64,000 nt of DNA from Oceanispirochaeta sp. (GTDB lineage: Bacteria > Spirochaetota > Spirochaetia > DSM-2461): NCBI GenBank assembly GCA_963666275.2, contig CAXXOA010000001.1, positions 896,001-960,000 of the forward strand, in the 5' to 3' direction. A program made the position numbers and the translations under genes. The notes under the pieces are model-generated. The model did no database searches, was not told the DNA's origin, and saw only the letters and a program-made list of their open reading frames with translations. Positions 57,825 to 64,000 of this stretch are shown piece by piece; the stretch's first letter is position 1; the number at the start of each line of letters is the position of its first letter.

Positions 57825-59417
57825 ATGTCAAAGGCGTTTCAATCCGGGAAAATCCCCTTCAGGCTCACTCTGTTCTGTTCTCTTTCAGGTATACCCATAC
57901 TCTTTCTGTCGGATCATAACGCCCCGTCGGCGGGAGTCCTGCTTCTTCTCTGTCTCCTGGCAGCCCTTCTGCTCCCCTTCGGAAGGGACGGGTTAATTGC
58001 CGGGATTATCATTCTATCGGTCTTCTGTCTGTTTCAGATCCGGCTATACAGGAGCGGCCGGGAGTACCTTCCTTTTCCGGAGGATGATATCTGCGGGATG
58101 GAAGGTGTGCTGGCTGCAGATCCCCACTGGCGGGATTCGGATACCATGATTCTGAAGATCCGTCTGAAACGCTGCGTCAATTCCCGGGGGATTTCCGGCA
58201 GGGCAGAAGGGGAGATCTCCTACAGGCTGAAAACATCCTCCTGTACCGCTGAGGTCGGGAGGCTGGTCAGGTCCGATCCGGTGATGATGGAAGGTCCGGG
58301 GTTCTCTCTTTACAGGAAGGACCGCAGGCTCTATGCCTCCGGCGGAAGATTTTCCGGGGGGGATGCTACAGGTCCCGATGCCCGGAGAGGGAGCTTTCTT
58401 TTCTGGATGCAGAGTAAATGCAGCCTCCTTTCTCCCACGGCTGAAATCCTTCTGCCGGCGCTTCTGGCCGGCCTGGATCATCCGGGGAAAGAGAGGATTC
58501 ATCAAATCTTCAGAGAGTCCGGTACGGCGCATATCATGGCTCTCTCGGGATTTCATGCAGGCCTGATAGGGGTAGCTCTCTTTATCCTTGGCAGGATCTT
58601 TTTCGGGTTCAGAGGGGGCTGTCTCTTTTCTCTGGCCGGACTGGTCGGGTATCTCTGGCTGGCCGGTTTCACTCCCTCTCTGACAAGGGCTGTGGTCATG
58701 TACGGTCTGTTTATTGCCGCCAGGCTCTTTCACAGCCGTTTCAGTCCTGTGGCAGTTCTTCTCTGCAGTTATTATCTGACGGCTCTTATGTTTCCCTCCG
58801 CACCGCATACCCTTTCCAGTCAGCTGTCCTACCTGGCTCTGGGAGGAATTCTCCTGACGGCCCGCCGTCTGAATATCATGGCTGAGCCCTATATTCCCCG
58901 CTGGATCCGGCTTCCTCTGGCGGTATCCCTGGGGGCTCAGCTCTGGACCGCTGCTGTGGTTCTCCGTACCTTTGGAATCCTCTATCCCGCCGGCCTTGCC
59001 GCTTCTCTTGTCCTGACGCCCCTGGTGACCTTCTATGTCTATGCAGGCGTTCTCTGGCTGATTCTCCCGGCAGGGACCGTGACAGTCCGGCTGTTTTCTC
59101 TGCTGCTGGGAGGCATGGAAACGCTCATTCTCCGGGGAGCTGAGTTCTTTGCCTCCTTTCCTTCTGTAAAGAGCGGTCAAACCGGTGCAGGACCTTTTCT
59201 TCTGTTCCTGATTCCTGTATTATTACTGGAATTCTATCGACCCGGGAGACTATATGGAAAAGGAAAAACTGGATTTAAACTACGATTCGGTTTCAGAAAT
59301 CAAAACCCTGCTGGAGATGATGGGGCTGGGACCCCGCAAACGGTGGGGACAGAATTTCCTGATAAACCGGGGTGCCAGAGAGAAGATCATCTCCCTTCTG
59401 GATATTCAGGAGGATGA
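57825..59417 (+). CDS. comEC: ComEC/Rec2 competence protein (no beta-lactamase domain)
   Basis: FRESGTAHIMALSGFH, PSLTRA, QLSYLA; start moved past the terminator. Confidence 0.85.
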   Translation: MSKAFQSGKIPFRLTLFCSLSGIPILFLSDHNAPSAGVLLLLCLLAALLLPFGRDGLIAGIIILSVFCLFQIRLYRSGREYLPFPEDDICGMEGVLAADPHWRDSDTMILKIRLKRCVNSRGISGRAEGEISYRLKTSSCTAEVGRLVRSDPVMMEGPGFSLYRKDRRLYASGGRFSGGDATGPDARRGSFLFWMQSKCSLLSPTAEILLPALLAGLDHPGKERIHQIFRESGTAHIMALSGFHAGLIGVALFILGRIFFGFRGGCLFSLAGLVGYLWLAGFTPSLTRAVVMYGLFIAARLFHSRFSPVAVLLCSYYLTALMFPSAPHTLSSQLSYLALGGILLTARRLNIMAEPYIPRWIRLPLAVSLGAQLWTAAVVLRTFGILYPAGLAASLVLTPLVTFYVYAGVLWLILPAGTVTVRLFSLLLGGMETLILRGAEFFASFPSVKSGQTGAGPFLLFLIPVLLLEFYRPGRLYGKGKTGFKLRFGFRNQNPAGDDGAGTPQTVGTEFPDKPGCQREDHLPSGYSGG

Positions 59418-60135
59418 AAAAGTCTGGGAGATCGGTCCCGGCCTGGGAGCCATGACAAAAATGGCCGCAGCCTTCCCGGCGGACCTGACGGCTTTTGAAA
59501 TCGATCCCGGCTATGTGGAATACCTGGGCCGGGCCATGGGGGAGTTCCCCAGGTTCCGCCTTGTCAGCGGTGATGTTCTCAAGACCTGGAAGAGTGAAGC
59601 CGAGAAGACGGGAAAACCCGACAAGGTGCTGGGAAACCTTCCCTACAATGCGGCATCCGCGATCATAGCGGATTTTATTGAAAACGGCATGGTCCCCTCC
59701 AGACTGGTTCTGACTGTTCAGAGTGAAATGGGCGACAGGATGACAGCCGCATACGGGTCAAAAAATTACTCCTCTTTTTCCATACTCTGCCAGTCCGCCT
59801 GTGATGTGAAAGACTGCGGTGTTCTCAATCCCGGTTCCTTTTATCCCGTTCCCCGGGTGGCTTCCCGGATTGTGATGCTCACGCCCCATAATAAGTACCA
59901 GGGGATGAAGAACCCCCGGCTTTTTCAGATGCTGATCCGGGACATCTTTGTTTCCCGCAGAAAAACCATAAGAAATAATCTCACAGCCATGGCCGGGCAG
60001 AGATTCCGGGATTTTTCCAAAGAGACCCTTTTTGAAGTGTTTGAGCAGGAAGGGGTCCCTCTCACTCTCCGTCCCGAAAAGATCCCTGTGGAAACCTATG
60101 TCAAAATTGCCGACAGACTGGCAGATCTGCAGTAG
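59254..60135 (+). CDS. rsmA: 16S rRNA adenine dimethyltransferase
   Basis: GQNFL, EIGPGLG, GNLPYN, FYPVPRVAS, RRKTIRNNL. Confidence 0.95.
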   Translation: MEKEKLDLNYDSVSEIKTLLEMMGLGPRKRWGQNFLINRGAREKIISLLDIQEDEKVWEIGPGLGAMTKMAAAFPADLTAFEIDPGYVEYLGRAMGEFPRFRLVSGDVLKTWKSEAEKTGKPDKVLGNLPYNAASAIIADFIENGMVPSRLVLTVQSEMGDRMTAAYGSKNYSSFSILCQSACDVKDCGVLNPGSFYPVPRVASRIVMLTPHNKYQGMKNPRLFQMLIRDIFVSRRKTIRNNLTAMAGQRFRDFSKETLFEVFEQEGVPLTLRPEKIPVETYVKIADRLADLQ

Positions 60136-60137
60136 CC

Positions 60138-60785
60138 ATGGAACTCTGTCCCGTCTGCCGCAGCCGGGGGCAGGAATTTTTCTATCTGAAAAAGAAAAAC
60201 CGGAGTTTCCGGCTCTGCACCTCCTGTCATCTGGTTTTTCAGACCGGTGAAACTCTGCCTTCTTCCGGAGAAGAGCAGGGGCGGTATGAACTGCACAGAA
60301 ATGACGGCAATGATCAGGGATATACCCGATGGCTTGAGAGTTTTCTGGATCGGGGATTTTATCCCTGGTACAAAGGCGGGAACGTTCTGGATTTCGGAAG
60401 CGGTCCTGAACCGGTTCTGACAGATCTTCTGAATAATCAAGGCATTCAGACTGTACCTTACGATAGATACTTTCAGCCCCTGTGGCCGGAGGATCAGTCC
60501 TTCTCAATGATTATCCTGTCGGAAGTACTCGAACATCTCATAGATCCCGTCCGGGAGTTTACAAAAATTGCTTCCCTCTGCGATAGAGGGGCCCGCCTTG
60601 TCTTTCAGACAGCCTTCCGAAGGAACAGCTCCCCACAGTGGTTCGGATCCTGGTGGTACAAGGAAGATATTACGCATACACGCTTCTATAATGCGGAGAG
60701 TCTTATGGCTCTGGGTGAGCAGAGCGGGTGGTCATTGATATATCAGGACGGCAGGTCCATGGGATGCTTTCAGAAAATCAGATAG
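60138..60785 (+). CDS. Class I SAM methyltransferase with N-terminal Zn-finger
   Basis: CPVC..CTSC, LDFGSGP, EVLEHL, WWYKEDITH. Confidence 0.85.
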   Translation: MELCPVCRSRGQEFFYLKKKNRSFRLCTSCHLVFQTGETLPSSGEEQGRYELHRNDGNDQGYTRWLESFLDRGFYPWYKGGNVLDFGSGPEPVLTDLLNNQGIQTVPYDRYFQPLWPEDQSFSMIILSEVLEHLIDPVREFTKIASLCDRGARLVFQTAFRRNSSPQWFGSWWYKEDITHTRFYNAESLMALGEQSGWSLIYQDGRSMGCFQKIR

Positions 60786-60891
60786 TCGGGGAATGATTAA
60801 GATAGTCGGGGAATGATTAAGATAGTCGGGGAATGATTAAGATAGTCGGGGAATGATTAAGATAGTCGGGGAATGATTAAGATAGTCGGGG
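60781..60891. repeat. Perfect 20-bp tandem repeat, 5 copies plus 11 nt
   Basis: (GATAGTCGGGGAATGATTAA)x5 + GATAGTCGGGG. Confidence 0.97.
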
Positions 60892-60916
60892 CTTATTGCA
60901 ATAAGCCCCGACTGTC
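60881..60916. terminator. 16-bp stem hairpin between convergent genes
   Basis: gatagtcggggcttat-tgca-ataagccccgactgtc. Confidence 0.8.
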
Positions 60917-60919
60917 ATA

Positions 60920-61795
60920 TCAGATAAGACCCTGATCTTTCAGAATCTTTTTCAGTATGGCCTTATGCTCTTCCGAAGGAGGACACAGGGGCAGTCTGAA
61001 CTCTTCTTCCAGAAGACCCATCATTGCCATGGCGGATTTTACAGGAATCGGATTGGTTTCAATAAACATGGATTTAAACAGGGGCAGAAGTTCGTAGTGG
61101 ATGGTTTTTGCCTTTTCAAGGTCTCCCGAGCGGGCCGCCTGGACCATCTCTTCCATCCATCCGGGAATGATGTTGCTGGCAACAGAGACAATGCCGTTAC
61201 CACCCATAAGGGTCAGGGGCAGTCCCATGTTGTCATCTCCCGAAAGAACATCAAAATCAGATGGTTTCCTTTTGATAACATCCATCATCTGGTTCAGATC
61301 ACCGCTGGCTTCTTTTACGGCGACAATATTGTCATGCTCTGCCAGTCTCATAAGTGTGTCGGTCTCAATATTGACTCCGGTTCTTCCCTTGATATTGTAT
61401 ACCATCATGGGCAGATCTACCGTATCGGCAATTGTCATGAAGTGGCGGTAGAGTCCCTCCTGTGTGGGCTTGTTGTAGTAGGGCGCTACCTGAAGACTCG
61501 CATCGGCACCGATGGCTTTCGCTAGTTTGGTCATTTTGATGGCCTCTTCTGTAGAGTTGGATCCCGTTCCTGCAATGACAGGGACTTTTCCAGCGGCTTC
61601 CTTGACAACAATTTCCACGACTTCCATATTCTCTTCATGGGTAACCGTGGGGCTCTCTCCGGTGGTTCCCACGGGAACCAGTCCCGAGATGCCTTTTTTG
61701 AGCTGAAAGTTCACGATTTTTTTCAGGGCTTCCGTATCGATCTCTTTCTTACTGTTAAAAGGGGTCACCAGTGCTGTGAAAACGCCTGTAAACAT
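60920..61795 (-). CDS. dapA: 4-hydroxy-tetrahydrodipicolinate synthase
   Basis: GTTGES, PYYNKP, YN..GRTG, KEASG, ETNPIPVK; start ATG 61795 after AAGGAG. Confidence 0.96.
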   Translation of the reverse strand: MFTGVFTALVTPFNSKKEIDTEALKKIVNFQLKKGISGLVPVGTTGESPTVTHEENMEVVEIVVKEAAGKVPVIAGTGSNSTEEAIKMTKLAKAIGADASLQVAPYYNKPTQEGLYRHFMTIADTVDLPMMVYNIKGRTGVNIETDTLMRLAEHDNIVAVKEASGDLNQMMDVIKRKPSDFDVLSGDDNMGLPLTLMGGNGIVSVASNIIPGWMEEMVQAARSGDLEKAKTIHYELLPLFKSMFIETNPIPVKSAMAMMGLLEEEFRLPLCPPSEEHKAILKKILKDQGLI

Positions 61796-61844
61796 AATTA
61801 TATTTTTCTCCTTGTTCTTACTGTGCCAAATGCTTCCGTCAGAC

Positions 61845-62594
61845 TTATCCGAGGAAATCCTGCATGAAATCATCTACTGAAAAGATCCCGGATCTGTTCT
61901 GAAGCCATTCTGCGGCAAGAACTGATCCCAGAGCAAAACCGCCTCTGGTTCGGGCATTATGGGTAATTTCCAGGGTATCTGCCGGGGAGTCCATAGTCAG
62001 TGTATGGATTCCCGGAATATTTCCCGCTCTTACCGAGGCCACATGGAGCTGCTCCGGTTTGATGGCTCCCGGGGGATTCCCCGAGAGGATCTCCTTTTTT
62101 CTGTCCAGCTGTTCAAGAACCTTTTCCGCTGCAGTCAGAGCTGTTCCCGAAGGGGCATCCACTTTTTTATTGTGATGATACTCAATCAGGGCGGCATCAT
62201 AGTCTTCCACCTTGTTTATAAGGGAGGCTGCATAGGAGGACAGTCTGAAAAAAAGATGGGCCCCTACAGAAAAGTTTGAACCGTAGAGGATGGCCCCTGA
62301 ATCTTCCTGAAAGGGGCTGAGGACATCTTTTTTCTGTTTGTCCCAACCGGTTGTGGCAATAACGGATTTCAGGCCGTACCGGCTGTAGAGCCGGGCTCTC
62401 TCCTGAATGCCCACGGGAAGAGCAAACTCAATGACCGCATCAGAGTTCTGCAGAGTTTTCTCATCCGGTTCGATCATGTCTCCCGAACCGGAAGGGTCTA
62501 CCCTGGCTGTCACGGTATGGCCTCTCTGCAGGAGGATCTGTTCGACTTCTCGGCCCATCCGGCCGTATCCCATCAGGAAAATATTCATATTCAA
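61845..62594 (-). CDS. dapB: 4-hydroxy-tetrahydrodipicolinate reductase
   Basis: GYGRMG, TTGW, NFSVG, EYHHNKKVDAPSGTA. Confidence 0.95.
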   Translation of the reverse strand: MNMNIFLMGYGRMGREVEQILLQRGHTVTARVDPSGSGDMIEPDEKTLQNSDAVIEFALPVGIQERARLYSRYGLKSVIATTGWDKQKKDVLSPFQEDSGAILYGSNFSVGAHLFFRLSSYAASLINKVEDYDAALIEYHHNKKVDAPSGTALTAAEKVLEQLDRKKEILSGNPPGAIKPEQLHVASVRAGNIPGIHTLTMDSPADTLEITHNARTRGGFALGSVLAAEWLQNRSGIFSVDDFMQDFLG

Positions 62595-62600
62595 ATACCC

Positions 62601-63599
62601 TTAATCTTCTACCTGTGTCATTGTGACAGCGATTGTGTTGATAATGTCTTCAACCGAACAGCCTCTGGAAAGGTCGGAAATCGGTTTGGCAAAACCCTGA
62701 AGGAAGGGACCGTAAGCACCGGCATTTCCGAATCTCTGAGCCAGTTTGTAACCAATGTTTCCGGACTGGAGATCGGGGAATATCAAAGTATTGGCTTTTC
62801 CGGCGACTTTGGATCCGGGCGCTTTTTTGGCACCAACGCTTTCAACAAGGGCTGCATCCAGCTGGAGTTCGCCGTCGACATTCAGTTCCGGTGCTTTCTC
62901 CTGAACGATCTTCAAAGCTTCCGTTACCTTGTCCACATTGGGATGGGAAGCGGAACCTTTGGTTGAAAAGGAGAGCATCGCTGTTACAGGTTCGGTCTGC
63001 AGGAATGTTTTACAGGAAGTGGAAGCCTGGATTGTTATTTCAGCCAGCTGTTCTACAGTGGGGTCGGGAATGGTGGCGCAGTCGGAAAAAATCATCAGTC
63101 CGTCTTTTCCCCACTGTTTGTCGGGAAAGTCCATAACGAAACAGGACGAAGCGGATGTGACTCCGGGAGCTGTCTTTATAATCGTGAAACCGGCCACAAG
63201 GACTTTTCCTGTCGCATTGTCGGCTCCGGCGACCATGGCGTCCGCGTCCCCTTTGCGAACCATCATGGCACCCCATTTCAGGCAGTCTTTGATCTGGGCG
63301 GCCGCGTCTTCGGGGGAAATCCCTTTTTTCTTTCTCAGTTCATAGTATTCCTGGGCATAGGCTTCGGCCAGGGGGGAAGTTTCAGGATCAATGATGGTCA
63401 GCCCGTCCAGGGATACCCCTGCAGAGGATGCGGCAGACCCGATGGCGTCTTCCGTTCCTATAAGGAAGACTTCAGAAACAATTTTTTCGTCCATAGCCTG
63501 TCTGGCAGCCTGAAGTGTTCTGGGTTCTGTTCCTTCCGGAAGAACAAGTTTCTTCTGCATCAATTTAGCCTGGGCTTTCATATCTTCAACAAATGACAT
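62601..63599 (-). CDS. pta: Phosphate acetyltransferase
   Basis: LPEGTEPR, MLSFSTKGSA, DGELQLDAA, FPDLQSGNIGYK, DLSRGCS. Confidence 0.96.
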   Translation of the reverse strand: MSFVEDMKAQAKLMQKKLVLPEGTEPRTLQAARQAMDEKIVSEVFLIGTEDAIGSAASSAGVSLDGLTIIDPETSPLAEAYAQEYYELRKKKGISPEDAAAQIKDCLKWGAMMVRKGDADAMVAGADNATGKVLVAGFTIIKTAPGVTSASSCFVMDFPDKQWGKDGLMIFSDCATIPDPTVEQLAEITIQASTSCKTFLQTEPVTAMLSFSTKGSASHPNVDKVTEALKIVQEKAPELNVDGELQLDAALVESVGAKKAPGSKVAGKANTLIFPDLQSGNIGYKLAQRFGNAGAYGPFLQGFAKPISDLSRGCSVEDIINTIAVTMTQVED

Positions 63600-63729
63600 A
63601 GCGTATCTCCTGGTTTATCTTACTATTTTCAAATACTATATCCTATTTTGGATCAGTAGGAAAACACCGAATACAGGGAATTCTCCCACCATCTATGCAC
63701 CTGAGAGGAAATTCTGTATGATAGGGACC

Positions 63730-64000
63730 ATGCGTATTGGTGTTTTCGGCCTTGGACGCTTTGGAGCTTTCTGGGCCGGTTTATTAGCGAAATCATTTGA
63801 AGTTTACGGGTATTCAAGAAACCCCGATAGATTGACTCCTGCAGGGGTTGCACGTATTGAATATGAAGAGCTTTTCTCATGCCACGTGATCTTCCTCTGC
63901 AATGCCATATCCTCCATGGAATCTGTGCTTGAAGAGATGAAAAATCATCTAAAGCCCGGAACATTAGTTGTGGACACATGTTCAGTTAAAGTTTATCCTG
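63730..64000 (+). CDS. tyrA: Prephenate/arogenate dehydrogenase, partial (not in ORF track)
   Basis: Manual translation MRIGVFGLGRFGAFWA...KPGTLVVDTCSVKVYP; Rossmann motif plus D..SVK. Confidence 0.8.
   Translation, partial: MRIGVFGLGRFGAFWAGLLAKSFEVYGYSRNPDRLTPAGVARIEYEELFSCHVIFLCNAISSMESVLEEMKNHLKPGTLVVDTCSVKVYP

Noticed and set aside
58044..59180. 378-aa antisense ORF over comEC (likewise 8885-9850, 28341-29285, 44173-45072, 50123-51094)
   Set aside because: Opposite-strand shadows of motif-supported genes
60781..60891. CRISPR array
   Set aside because: Units are contiguous and identical with no unique spacers; no cas genes in the window
63653..63979. 108-aa minus-strand ORF
   Set aside because: The plus strand encodes a recognisable prephenate dehydrogenase start

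Overview
64-kb chromosomal window from a free-living Spirochaetaceae-like bacterium (inferred from comEC-rsmA synteny and the gene families present). I recognised no rRNA, tRNA, CRISPR or IS element. The left end (1-3.5 kb) is a probable accessory island (GT4 fusion, GH130-like start, PRC-barrel, desulforedoxin-like mini-ORF) ending at a recQ remnant. Next come a degenerate cNMP-domain protein, a sigma54-type hsp20 pair and htrA. From 10 to 40 kb is a dense signalling region: three MCPs including an Amt-MCP fusion and a CZB-MCP, an ErcA/ErcS-like pair, an ODP-GGDEF gene divergent from an EAL gene, and five histidine kinases. From 40.8 to 46.9 kb a sugar dehydratase and aminotransferase are coupled to a xanthine-dehydrogenase-like trimer that appears to have lost its Mo-cofactor motifs. 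The right end is mostly core genes (EIIA/antiporter, sfsA fusion, PilZ, comEC, rsmA, dapA/dapB, pta, tyrA) with a 20-bp tandem repeat running into a hairpin. Best candidates for new biology are the Amt-MCP ammonium chemoreceptor and the Moco-degenerate XDH-like complex. All family assignments come from motif recognition by eye; no database search was run.
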